Shown here in pieces: positions 1 through 13,319 of a stretch of DNA of 55,787 nucleotides. Source of the stretch: Catajapyx aquilonaris (Eukaryota). The translations under genes were made by a program, and so were the position numbers. The notes beneath the pieces are model-generated. The model saw nothing but the letters and a program-made list of their open reading frames with translations. It had not been told where the DNA came from and made no database searches. The DNA lies in contig JYFJ02002512.1 in assembly GCA_000934665.2 (NCBI GenBank), positions 1 through 55,787 of the forward strand, given 5' to 3'. Numbering within the stretch: the first letter of the stretch is position 1; the number at the start of each line of letters is the position of its first letter.

Positions 1-3000
1 TTGGTTTATTGCAGGTGCGCACGGAATTATTGCTGATTGCTGATTCTTTTCTGGCGGTCACGTGACCTTCTCATTCCGATAAATAAATAGTCGCCGCCCA
101 TCCGTTTGATCGGATTTACAGATTGTTCCCGCATAGAGAAAGAGGCCAATTTGCAAAAAAAAACAAAAAAAAAAACATATCATACTAAACACTTCAGGCT
201 AATCCCTTTAGTTATAATAATTCCACTAGGCCTAACTATAAATTATCATAACCTAACCTCACTTTTTTTTAACAAACGGCCCAAACGCCAGCAAGAAATT
301 CCGTATAAATCGTCCCCCTATAAGTTTGATAAGCCTAGATAACCCAGGTCGACTGTAACTAATGCCCCGACTCGTCAGCTATTTTTTTCCGTCCCTTTCA
401 AATCTAGGAACAGACCAATTAAAATAATAAAAAAAAAGGTAGGAATGAGGGAGGGGTACAAAAAAACAAAAAAGTTGGGTTCGTTTTAGTGACCGTCAAG
501 GCGAGCCCATCTGACGGATGATAACAGCCTTTGGGATGGCGGTGCAGCCCAGATGTATAATAATAGCGGTCGTTCGACAGCGGAATTCTCTCCTTTCGGA
601 ATCTAGATGGCAGTAGTAATTTCCGCAGCACGCTGACAGTTACACCAAGAAAATTGTAGGAAAAGATGTAACCGAAGTGTTCCTTTGGCGCCATTATTCG
701 GATGACTCCTGGTTTCCTGGGGGAATCGCCAGATTAGACGACAGCTCGGTTGGGGGTTTCCCCACCGCCATCACACGACAATCGCCTGCTGCAAAGGCGG
801 CCTAGATAACAAAAGTCTTCTTCTGCAAGATCATACAGGTGACTAGCAAGAGGAGGGGTCCACATAGCGACTATTGACCTCAGTGGCCCGATGCCAGTCG
901 GTGGAAATGAGAAGTGGTGACATCCAACTGGGAGTGCACTTGACAGCGACACACTTGCAAGCGATCCTGGTCCCCAGTGTGGCTTGGCTGGCTTCTGCAG
1001 GACGACAACTGACAGCTTGGAATTCGTGTCGAAACTTCTTCTCCTTTCCTCCCCACCCAGCTACCAGTATAAGATAGGTCTAATACTTCCCCATCCACAG
1101 CCTGGTGTAAGATGTCGCAGGGCGTCGCCTTTCCTTGCCTTGTAATTGTCACGACAGTGGCGGCCTTTGTGAACTTGACGTCTCTTCCTCGACACCCACA
1201 GGACAGAAGGCGGAAAAGGGAAGGGGAAAAAAGGCCGGTATTTGGTCAGAACTGATTCTCTACACCTCCACCAGTATGTAGTGTGTATTTAAAATGGCGA
1301 AAAAATGCGTATTCGCAAAATTAGGTGCATCAAGTGCAAAATTATTACCCTCTTAATAATTGTGCAATTTTGCACCTTAAAGAAACGTGATTGTTGCCCT
1401 CCATTCCCAGCTGTTAATTTCTCTCCCGCAAGCATTATGCAGTGAAAAATGACCGCCCAGTAGGCATGAAAATAATACAAATTGCATGGCGGCATCTCGC
1501 GTGTTAAAGAAGTTTTTCCCATAGCGGTCGGGATTAAGTGAAGAGGCCTCCCATCAAGTGCGAGACACCATATAGCGGAGTATGCCCCCTGAGAGAATCA
1601 AAATCAATCTCCAGGGAGGATTGCAGCATCCTTTGAAGCAGTACATGGCTGGGGGTGAAGACACGCAGGTCTAGCCAATATCTCGTACCATATACGGGAT
1701 GGGCCAAAAACCTTGGGTTGTTGGCAGGCTCCTGGAATGCCTACCAGTTGGAAGCAGCATAACCGGTGCAGCACCATTTATGATAGGACTGCAAACAGTG
1801 GGCTTTCGGTTGGGTGCTGGATGCCATTTGTCACGCCCCACGCCATTACGTGTATTTATCGAATCCTGAGAGTAAATAAAATCAATCTTGGCGGACGTCG
1901 CAATTTCCTGCTCGGGTCACGCAACACAATGGGGGGGAAAAAAAGGCACGGGGCTGTTGTGCACCCAAAACTCTTCCGTAGGCTGTGCGCACTGCTGATT
2001 TCCCATGTCATCGTTAAATTCAATTACGCCGCATTATTTGCACCAACGCTACATTACACGTCAAGGCTGTTATTACACCGCAGTAAAATTCATTCACCTA
2101 TGTGAAATGTGCTCCGATCCTCTGGGGAGACGGGTAGTGTTGCATGCTGGCGTGTCAACTTGTTTACATAATTGGTGCAAAAAATAAATTGTCCTACCTG
2201 GACCGGTTGGAGGGTCAAACATGCTGCACATTACTGATCACCTCTTGTCATCTTCTTGAAAAACAGAAAATGACACAACTTGCATGCAGAACTGAGGGAA
2301 AACTCGAATAATAACAGGACCACGGTCATGTGTGTCACCAGAAAACGTTACTTGGTTGAAAAATGCCCGCTAATTAGAATGTGGTCCGTAAACCACGAAC
2401 TCGATCTACTTGCAAATTCGGGTGCCTGCGTGTTCGTGTTGTACAACGCAGGCGGACATACTGGGGGGGGCACCAAAATGAATAAATGCGAGGCCAACTC
2501 TTTCGGGCCAAACAGAAAACCAGTAACTTCCTCACGTTCCCATTTCTCTTCCCACGTAAGGACACACACACACAACCGGAGAGGGGGGAAAAACCTCCCG
2601 CTGTAGTATTCCATATGCAAAAGTGCGTGAATAATGTATGCTGTTGACGGGTAACCCCCCTCTCTTTCCCCCAAAAAAGGTTACTTTCCTTGGCAACTGC
2701 CACACTTATCGACCTTCCCTTATAGATACGCCCGCCCTGGGAATCCAGCCTGGAGCATTTCCCCCCTAAAAATAAAATCAAGTCGTGCAAAAAATTGGGT
2801 AGAGCACCCTCATAGTAATCACATGTGGGCACCCTCAACTTGATTGGAAGTCCACGATTTCCCAGCCCAACGAGGCACTGATGGGCGAAGAGGGGAGCTG
2901 TATGTGTGGGGGAGGGAGGCTAAAATCCCATGTGTCATGATTGCTGGCAATGAATTAACTGCACATACTCGCCTGTCATCTCCTATCACCGTCCCAGCCT

Positions 3001-5950
3001 CCCTATTTTCGCATCATGCAAACAATCCACCCAGGCCCAACATGCTGCGCTTATCCATACACAACCCGCCCCATGAATAACTAATGCCGGCGGCCAGAGA
3101 GCTTCTGCCACTCTCTGATCAGCTGCCTCCATTCCCCCATTTTTTTATTATTATTTCATACACTGTACAACACGCCCAATCATGCTTTTTTTTGTTTCCT
3201 CTAACACATGCCACAACCAGATCCATTCCTGAATTGAAGCTGGCCCCGCATTTTTCCAACAGGTATGTGAACGGGTATGGAAATGACGGCCATCTTTGGT
3301 CCAACCCGCATAAGCTGATAAGCCCGGTTATTAGCCAAATAATCGGCACGTGTCCGGAGAGCCTCCCCCGTATTGTCCGGAGCAAGACTTTTCAATTCCC
3401 CGAGGCAGTTTTAATGGCCTGTGCAGCATCAGGTCCAAGCTACACCATCCGTCGTGTATGGTAGGGGGGGAGACACAGACGATGGAAGGCCAAAGATCTT
3501 GAGGGCTTTTCTCCGGGTTCCCATTGGACGCAACGGGCCTTTTACGAGTCCCAATAACCCACGCCCCTCGCGTCCGGAGCGACACCCAGCTCATCCCGAC
3601 CCTTATTGCTCACTTCTTTTACGACTAATTTCATATCAAAGTGTCGTTCGGGGTGGCAGTTAGCCCTGGAAAAGAGCATGGGAGGGGGACGACTACGACA
3701 GTTTGGGGACTGGAACCATCCGGATGTATACACCCCTCCCCGGAAATTGCTCGTCCAATTGGATGGTCCCCTACATACGCACTTTTGCTGTGAACCCAAC
3801 AAGTCTGGACCACCCCTGATGGTATATTCAGGCTAATCAGCAGGTAACGGTGCTCGCACCTGTACCCAAATAAGCCACCTTGCCCTACATGTCCAGGGTA
3901 CGTTACACCCGGCGGTGCCCACGATCCCAAATCGGTAACACTCACGATGGCATAAACAAACGCGACCTTGGTTGTGTGTGAACGGGGCAGGGTCGTTGCC
4001 ACAGGACTGCAGGGCGTGGTGCCTGCGGCCCTTTTCATCGGCCATTTGCCCACCACCCACCCACCCAGGCCAGTACACACATGCCTATGATGCAAAAAAA
4101 AAAAAAAAAAAAAACTGCATACTTTGCTCGTGTCACCCCCGAGGTTTCATACCGTTAATACATTTTTACGCCGTGTCTGATAAAAACGCGGCATATTTGC
4201 TCTCTCCTGACGAGCGATGTCATGCACTCAAAAATGATCAACCTAAAAAATACGCGCTATAAATCAAAAGCGATCATGGTTTACACATTGGCGCCGTCTG
4301 GAGAGTTTTGGTCACGGCTGCCAACCCAATATTTCCCCTCCAGGCAGAAAAAAAAAGAGAAAGCTAGGGGTATTGCACGCCGCACACGCACAGTGCGAAA
4401 AACCCGAGCAAAACGGCAAGGTCGTCACTCACTTTCTTATCATCCTCATTTCGCCTTCAGAAAACGCTCCGCTGTTATGAACTGTTTAACGAACTGTCAC
4501 AGAACCACCAGTCAAAAAACTGGTGCAAAAACTATGGTTAAAAAGAAAACGAAGTGCCTGTCATGTCTTGACAACCGTTAACCGGAGTGACAAGACTTGG
4601 AATTGGACCCCGTGAGCTGATATAGGCACTAATTACCATCCCTTCGTACAGATTAGTACAGCCTAGTCTTTCTCTCCAGAAAATCCTTCCTCCTGCACGT
4701 AATGCAACAGGTCAAATGAGTTCCCCCCCAACCAAAATTGGGGGTGGAAGGCGACAAGAATGGATTTCGCAAATTAACTGCCAACCCTTTTCCTTGTTCG
4801 ATTATGAAGCGGCAGCACCGATGTCAATGACGCGTCGTTTTATCACCAGCTATATTGTTGTCACCCAAACCCTGTCTTTCATGCTCACTAGATTACCCAG
4901 ATCAATCACAGCTTTTGTCTTCTGGGGGCTCCATAACAATGGTCTGGAAGATGGCTGGGTTGCCCCCCAATATATTCTAGGAGGAATGAGAAGCATCTAT
5001 GCTGATTTTTGCTTCTTAGAAATGCAGCCAGCCTATCACTATCTCTGCCAAATAATGCACATCTGGCACACTGGCGAATCTGACCTCATTTGCATAGTGT
5101 TTCATATCTCATCTGTGCCGATTCTGGCTAGCTGCCTGGGACTTACTCATGAATGCAACAACACGTAAAAAGTTGGGCCTACTAATTTCGCAATTTAAAC
5201 ATTCCGAGCACTGTCGCCCACTGGCGATGTCAATGCTTCTAATGGATGACAAGTATGGCTACAATTCCCTTTATTCCACCACACTCCTTGCCTGATCTGT
5301 CAAAATATAAACAGCCATAATTTGATCACAGGGGCCGCTCCAGCTGAACTTCTGGCTAGCATGAACTTTGCGAATTTAATGCGACCAGGGGGCAACCGCC
5401 TCGCAAAATTGCGATAGGTTCATGGAAGTGCAAAATTATTTTGGGCCTCATCCAAGTAATCCACACTTTTATCTGCTACATTAAGGTTAGCACTCCCCAT
5501 TTTGAAATCCCCCGTATCTTGAACTTCCTTGCAATTAAAGCTCGACTAACCTCCAGGATAAAACAATGCGGCGGACCAGATTAGATTAGATAGTACGTAT
5601 CTTAACACCGATTTGAAGTATCAGTTACTATGCAGTACAATCATTGCATTTTACACTTGGTTTAAAGGCAACATTTTTCGTAATTTCCCCCCATATCATG
5701 ATTACATCTGCACGTTCGTCTTATCAAAATTTTTGAAAAAAAAAATAGTCACGGATATTTCGCTATTACTAAATATTGCCGTTACCCGGCATGACAGATA
5801 TTACCGCAATCCCGCAATCCTGGCCAGTCATTCACTACCAGCTCCACCCCCCAAAATGGTTCCGGGTGGAGGCACCCAAAAGAATCGTGCTGGCCCGTCC
5901 CGTTTTGGGAAGGTTCCCCAACCCGGAAAAGGGACACAAAACTTCCTTAC
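1..5950 (-). other. Plexin A intron, continuing beyond the window edge
   Basis: Starts at the GTAAGG donor. I recognised no sequence encoding the expected end of the Sema domain or the first PSI domain in 1-5950. Confidence 0.75.
4094..4114. repeat. Poly(A) run (21 nt)
   Basis: Direct reading. Confidence 0.9.
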
Positions 5951-6133
5951 CTTTTTGAGGTGACCATGCGCAGTTCCCAGAAAGACCACGGTGTAGTCGC
6001 CTGTCGACGTGGCCGACACCGCCGTCAGCAGGTTGGTCGACGTCACCACAGCCACAGCCGACGCAGCCTGCTCTCCACCCAAAGGAGTGTTGACATCCAA
6101 TCCACAAAAATCTTCTCGAATCTGCTGCAATTT
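5951..6133 (-). CDS. PlexA: Plexin A, third coding exon (61 aa): C-terminal part of Sema domain
   Basis: Polypyrimidine tract and TTGCAG|AAA acceptor at 6134/6133. Translation is KLQQIREDFCGLDVNTPLGGEQ...LTAVSATSTGDYTVVFLGTAHGHLKK, continuing PPCVTT|KLQ in frame as in PlexA. Donor is AAG|GTAAGG at 5951/5950. Confidence 0.95.
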
Positions 6134-7821
6134 CTGCAATGGCAAAAAATAAGAGAGAGGTTAGCTCTGATGAACAGTACACGCACCGTTATCGTGAATG
6201 CAATTTCACATTCGCTTAGCGGCCTACTTGCCTCCCAGCACCCGGCCCAAGAAATTGCATAATAAATTTAACCCTCCTGCTTGATGCCCCTAGCCCCTCT
6301 GCATGTTCAAATCACAATTAGCAAGTGCAGTAAATTACACCTGGAGATTCGCCTCATTAACGCCGGCATTTTTCATCCCGCACTTGAGGCTCATTACGTG
6401 GGCATGGAGATAACGACCCTGCCTAAAAATGCGATCCGGATCAGAGGTCAAGGTCCAACTGACCCGAGGAAATCTTCTCCGGCCCGTAAATCAATCAAGA
6501 TGGACCCAGTCAGCTTTTGACAACAAATCGACGTGATGCAGCATGCCGTCTACATCTTAGCATCGCCCAACTGCTGTCGGGTCCAAACCATCAATCACGA
6601 TTGACAACACCTGCCCCCCTTTTTGTGACATTCACATGCTCGTTATCCAATGGGGCGGAGTAAAAAAAATAAAAAAGCCACAATAATTCACTACAACATG
6701 GCACTGTGTTCCCTGCAGGTGCAGTGTGATAAATAGCCACATTTGCATTAACATCGCCAAGTTTGTCACCTAGTGGGGACGATGAAAAATATTTTGCGAC
6801 GAGCTGGCAACATTGCCCAAAATTGCCCGCATTTCTCCTTGACCCAGCCGAGACCCGCCCTTTTCCCATTGTGCCTCCTTCACATCTCTTTAAGTCCGAA
6901 CCATACACGACGCGCCCTTCACCCGCACGTCTCAGACCAAAAAACCGGATTCAAATCAACCCCCATCATCCTCCCCACCCTGCTGCAGATGGCCGCCCCC
7001 GCAATAAACACGCCAATAATTTCTGCTGATATCTGCTTCTAAGATCGGGGTCACACTTGGATCCACCACCCGAATAAATACACATCAACGGGACGCATGA
7101 CTGCCACCTTGCATTCAAAAGTCTTGCACGTAAACAATGCGTACACTTTCCAACCGGCCGCATTTGTGATCGTGACTTGCCCAAGAAAAAAGAAATGGCC
7201 TCCCCACCTGAATAATTGCCCTCAGAACTGTCACTTGCCTAAACACACTCCAAAGCACCGCAATTAACCATCCTTCCAGAATGAAATACGATCCCAGGGT
7301 AGGCATGACACACTTGCAATACAGCCGTTCCCCTAATCAGTCAGCTCCAAGGGACAATAAGTTCCGATATCTGCCACTGTCAATTCAGCTCCTAAAAATA
7401 TGTTTGCGGACTTCTTTTTTTTTTTTCTCCGCAAATCAGGCAAAGTGGCAAGCACCCCGAACGCAACACAAGCCTAGCCTGCCATCCATCCTAGGCTGCC
7501 GGAAGTGTACGATCAATAGGCTTCCATCCAACCTCGCCACCCAAAACCCACGCCCCCCCCCCTCCCCCCAAAAAACTAGTCACTCGGATATTATTCCGGC
7601 GCTGGACTCCGGAACCCACGACCGGAACACACCAAGAAAACTTTCTGCACTTATAATTGGCAGGCAACTTGCAAAAAAATAAGGGGGGGGGGGGTGACGT
7701 TCCGGTACATTAAAGTCGTCGGTGAAAATTGACTCACACATCGTGCTAAAACGCTGCCTATGTCAATCCAACCAAAAATTAAATTTTTACATTTAAAATT
7801 GAATAAATTAATCAATCCAAA

Positions 7822-8330
7822 ATATAAGTTATTTCATCAAACATATCCGTTATTTCAAAAGTTATTATAGTTTATAATAACTATTAGTTCATGAAATTAT
7901 TGGTTTGTGACATTATTAGTTGTCCAAACTATTAGCTACCTTCATCAAAACTAGTACCCTAGCTGCATTATTAGTTATTTCATCAGAAGTATTAGCTACT
8001 TCATCACGCATGTTATTTCAAGTTATTAGTTTCAAAACGATTAGTTCAAGCAGTTATTAGTTTGTAAAATTATTAGTTACGTAATAAAATTATAAGTCGT
8101 CCAAACTATAGTAGTTACTTCATAAAGAGCAGTTTTATTAAAATTATTGGCTATTTTATCAGCAATTATTAGCTACTGTATCTGACATTATTAGTTATTT
8201 TTGTATAGAATTATTATTAGTCATCCAAACTATTAGCTACTTCATCAAACTATAGCTGCTGTTTTATCGAAATTATTAGCTATTTCATCAGCAACTAATA
8301 GCCTTTTCAGCTGAAGTTATTAGTTATTTG
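7822..8330. repeat. Degenerate AT-rich minisatellite built on a TATTAG(T/C)T core
   Basis: Variants of (A/C)TATTAGTT and TATTAGCTA recur every ~15-30 bp, often followed by TTCATCA. An identical 17-mer TCCAAACTATTAGCTAC occurs at 7923 and 8224. Confidence 0.8.
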
Positions 8331-11300
8331 GATTAATTTTATTAACTGGCTCCATGGGGGTTTCCACACTGTTTGGTGAGAATCTGGAGCGTAGATCACG
8401 AATCTGCGAAAGCACGATCTCAAATTTTGGCCTGACGGAAGAGTCAGATAAGCAGCATGGGTAGCAGCTAAAAAATCTCCTCCCTCCTGCCCTCCCACCC
8501 TCTCCCCACCTCACCCATCCCCCCCTCCGTGATCTGAAACCAGGTTCCGCCCACCTGACCTCTCCCCCGGGTAATTTCCAACCTGACTGGAATCCAACGC
8601 TCCATGACCATAGGCGTGTCGCTCGGGAGGTCGTGAGGTCACGTCAGGAATGCCCACGCCGTACGGTACTGCCAATTTTTTCCAGCGCAAACTGCAGGCC
8701 AAATTAGCCTCGAGCAATAAACAACAGGAAAAAAAAAATTGTCGTGTGGGAGAGACATTTTGATGGTGGGCTGTGGTTCTTTGCCTCAGATAAAAAGGGG
8801 AGCACCCACATGACCTCTGAAGACGAAAAAAAAAGAGAAGCTGACAAGGACATTTCCATCCTGTCAGAACCGTAACTAAGTCCAGCATTCTTATCAGGCA
8901 GCCAAATCCGCTGGGAAATATCCGTCTTGATGTCAGCATAATAACTCGTGACATCTTCCCCAAAATTGTATATAACTCTCTCTAGCTCTCTCTCTCTGCA
9001 GCCTATCCGGAGCCGGATGCTCTCAAATTACGCCAACGTCACGGATCAAGGCGAGCACCTGCTGCAATTAAACCCCTTCCATTTCATATCGGTCACGAGT
9101 GCTGAAAATAATAAGCCACGATGAACCCTCGTGTAATGGGCGTGACCTGTGACCCCGGTTCTGGCCATGCCCTATCCCTGGCCAAAAAAGGGGGGGTACA
9201 TACCCAACCCCAATTAAAGCCCGTTATGGCCAGCCAAATCCACTACTTTCGAACACTAATAGGACATTTAAAAAAGGCGGCGCGGCGGGTGAACACTCGG
9301 CCTTTGTCAGTTCTGCAGTCCTTTTAGTGACATCCCTCCTATGGTGGAGGGGGTGTCTTTTTGGAGGACAGGGACCGGCGGGGGGTGCAGTCGGAGATCG
9401 ATGGCGGCCTTAAAGTGGGCCGCCGGAAGCTTGTTTCTGGCGTCAAGTGTCGTCGAGCGATTTATGGTTACACTTTTCTTATGAATTCGTTAAGACCCAA
9501 AGAATGTGCAGGTGGTTTTCGACTCTGATTTTATCCGGCCAGGGACTACGTTAATCAGGGCAGTGTCCATCACATTCGTCCACTCCATCAACAATCTAAT
9601 TATCACCCGAATGAAAATCGCCGGTTGCATCACTGGACATGACGCAAAAATCCAGGTGCACGACAAGGTCCGCAGAGTGTAAAAAGGCACTTCACAGCGG
9701 GACAACAAAAGAGGGGAAGGAAAATGGGTGGAACGCCGGGGCACTTTATACCTCCCCTAGCAAGCTTCGTGATACAAAGCCCAGTCGTGGCCATCATCTT
9801 CCACCTACAAGCTCAAAAACGTCCGAATAATGATCGCGGGACAAACAGCGCTCACCACTGGTAGCCACCTTTCATCATGCACTACATGGCCGCTTTTTTT
9901 CGGTAGGACGGGCGTTCCTCAGTACACAGCGTGAGTGTACATGACTGCCTCTTCTTTTTGGTTCAATCGCAATTGAAACAATGACCGGACATTTGACGGA
10001 ACCTAGGAATAAATGTGGCAATGTGGGCTGGGGCAAAGCAGGCGTGTCGGACAAGAAGGGCAGCCACCGCCATGCGAGATCAAAGGCATGATAAGAGATC
10101 GCAGATTAGCAACATCCTCCGTGGGTCATACGCGCAAACCCGTGTAAGAAAACAAAAAAAAGAGGCAAAGGCGTGCAAGCTCTTCGTGATGTGTCCGTGC
10201 CAGACCATTCACACGGACAAAAGGTCTCCTTTTTGGCCAGGAAACCGCTGGCTACTATCCCCTGCCCAATTTTTGCCTCTACTTTCTGCACGAATCAGTC
10301 TTACTCTGTCAAGGCCACAAATCGGCGGGGGATTTCCCCCCCCCGCCCCCCTCTCCTATCCAACCCTGCCTTTTCTTTTCTTGTACAGTCTTGTTCTTCT
10401 TCACGGGCGGCCACAATGAGGAAACGAGCCGCATCTTTTCCCGCCGAGGATTCCGTCACTGAATTTCAAATCAGCGCCGAAGAAAAGGTCAACGAACACG
10501 AGCTTGCCTTCTCGCCACAAAAATTCCTAGAAAATTGCCCCGCTACCTTGGGAGAGCCCATCGTCCGAAAAACTCGCTTCAGACATATATTCGCAAACTT
10601 TTCGAACCAAAAAAAGCCGCAAAAAATTTCCCGAAAAATTGTTAGGTAGGGGGCGTGATTCAATACTGCTTAACAATAGAGAGCACTGACATTTGTCTTA
10701 AACAGTGTAGATTGGCAGTAACAGTCCAAAACCCAGCGAATTATGACATCCTGCGTTCCACGCGTTTGCTCGCGGCTCCCCACATAAGTACAAGTTAACT
10801 GCTCCAAAGTAGATGATCAAGACCGTAGATGTGAAAACTGTGACTAACCCCAACAGCCTTGTACCCTTCTCCCCTCAGCAGTGTAGTGACTTTCAGAGAA
10901 GGGCAACACCGCTGGCTGGAGGTAATCTAATCTCTCCAGCCCATAACCGAAGTTCATAATGCGCCCGTGAAGGGGGACCAGGAGGCCCCCAAGTTGGGAA
11001 CCTCGTGAAAACACGGCAAACAAGATTAGGCTATTGGGCAGCCGGATCAAAAGAGCTCCAAGTCTGCAGGATACAAAAAAATAAGGATAAAAAAAAACCT
11101 TAGGAGGAGGACACCTTCCAGACCTTGCTCCATCGCCCCCGCAACAAGAATCCCTCTTGCCTGCATAATTACCCAAATAATTGATGACGGGGGAGTGGAA
11201 GATGGGGGAGGGAGAAGGGGAAGGTAGATTTCATGCTTCAGGTCGCCCCCGCCGGCTGTTCACCAACCAGAAGAAGAAGAATTTTACACAAAATTGCAGT

Positions 11301-11952
11301 CGCGAGATAAGAAGCGTGAAGAATAGCTGGAAGAAGTGCGGTCCCATAGAAACCTCTCTCCCTCTCTTCCAACTTCCCCTCTTCCATACTACCAGGGAAA
11401 TATTGGCAATCGATACCCTCTCAGGTACAGGTACGGACAACTTTTGCCGGCTCCCAATCCGATTATTTCCCTCAGGAGGAAGAAAAAGATCTGCATCAAC
11501 CGCGAGGTAATAAAAGACTCATCCCCTAGTTTTTTTTCTACTTTTCCAGAAAAAAACGAGGCAAAAAAATGAAGCTTGGCAAACTGGGCCATAACCATTG
11601 CAAAGTCCCCCCTCTGGCTGGGCCTCCCTCCCATAGAAACGGTTCTGCACGGCTGGAAATCCAGGCATAAATCCCCCTCGGCCCTGGAATCTCCATCCCG
11701 CACTTTCCTCTGCCAAATGGAGCCGCCGCCTTTGCTTCATATTTGTTTCTTTCCCCCCGTGTGCCCCAGCGCACCAGAAAAGCGCCCTGTTTTCTGCAGG
11801 CTATGCCGGATACGCTCATAATCTCTCTCAGCTTCCACTCGTTTCCTTGGAAACTTGGGACATTTTATGGTACCCCCTATAATCGGATTGCCCATTTCAG
11901 CATATAACTTATTAACCAATCCTCTCTCTTTTTTGGAAAAAATATATACATA

Positions 11953-12046
11953 TGCAAGTATTTTTGGGGGTAGAATATTCCTCCGGATTGCCACCTTCCC
12001 AGAAGGTGGCAACCTCAAGGTATATTCTCCCCAGATATATCTGGCA
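11953..12046. repeat. ~94-bp imperfect palindrome (foldback)
   Basis: Perfect core TTGCCACCTTC-CCA-GAAGGTGGCAA (11988-12012), extended by AGAATATTCCT/AGGTATATTCT, GGGG/CCCC and TGCAAG/CTGGCA. Confidence 0.75.
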
Positions 12047-13296
12047 GCTTGTCTTTTGTCAACGGCCAACGGATCGCTTCATTTCCTTCGCAGGTATACT
12101 GAGGACCCGTTTTTTTTTGTATTACTGAGACGTATGTCAGCCAGGCTATTCATTTTTTGGCGGGAGTACAGATTTACGAGATCCCTCTCGAAGAAGGATG
12201 GACCAGGCAAAAAAAAAGTTTCTGGAGCTGTTTTGGTGGAAAAGTGAGTGCGACGGAGCTCGACTCTTTTCTTCTTCTTTTTTTCTTCCTTCTCTGCAAC
12301 CGGAAAAATTTCTCGGGTCAAATGACCCTTGCCTCTCGTTCTTAAAATGGCAGAGGAGGCGTCGGGCCAATGCACACCACTATTTCCAGTATTTGTCACG
12401 CCGCATTTACGTCCCGCCAGAAATTTCATGGACTCCCGAAAATAAAACAAACGTTGCGCGTCGCGACTACCAAGCAATGCAAATTAACGGAATGGTCCAG
12501 TCCCAAAAAAGGAATTGGCCTGGGGATTTTTGTTCAGTATTTCGATCAGGATTGGCAGGAGCCTAGAGGGTGGGCCATTTGTAAGAACGTCCATTCGAAG
12601 CGGTCCCCTGCTGTTCCGCCTTCCAACACCCATTGTCCGCTAATGACAGGAACGAACTTTGGACAAGGCGGCACTCTTTTTTTCCTCCAGCATCTGAACT
12701 CGCATTTAATTACGGCTTAAACGCAGACTAAACCCCTTAAGAAGGCATAACCGAAATGTTCCTTTATGACGCAGACCACGCCCGACCCCTGCAGCAACAA
12801 CACCCACAACAATACTGGCTGGACGTCGTATTTCACGGCTGGAAATGCAGGTCAGTTAACTTTCACCCCATCGGGGTCACCTGCTGCCAAGGGTGCGACT
12901 TGGGGGCCTGTCCAGGTGCTACAGGCCAGCAAAAGAATTTATGAATATCAAAGGAGATCCGGATGCTTCACACTAGGCGACCACCTGAAACAACGTGGGG
13001 CTCCGGCGAGCAAAAGGAATTTCTCACACCTGCTGTCTAAACGCATCCCAGCAACATCCCAATCACGAGTCTAGAAAAAAATTTATATTAGGAGACTGAT
13101 GCGGCGTGAAAAAGGGCGGGGTGTATAAATCCTCCATACGAAACAAGACAATACCTCGAGCGTGCCGGTACTGCTCTCACGAAAAAATATCCGGAGCTTA
13201 GGATGCTCGCCCTGTCAATAAATCATTATAGAACAATAACCTCATCTCTGACCCAATTCCCACGCTCGACTAGCTATTCTATGGGTCCACACATAC

Positions 13297-13319
13297 AAAA
13301 AAAAAAAAAAAAAAAAAAA
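13297..13319. repeat. Poly(A) run (23 nt)
   Basis: Direct reading. Confidence 0.9.

Noticed and set aside
880..1152. Minus-strand ORF considered as the next Plexin exon
   Set aside because: It does not resemble the expected end of the Sema domain or the Cys-rich PSI motif, and I found no good in-frame acceptor.
7822..8330. Repeat-spacer-like appearance (CRISPR)
   Set aside because: Units are short, degenerate and irregular with no unique spacers, the context is a eukaryotic intron, and there are no cas genes.
8976..9123. Plus-strand acceptor-like CT-rich tract followed by an open frame (possible nested antisense gene)
   Set aside because: The peptide has no recognisable similarity, and I found no matching donor or partner exons.
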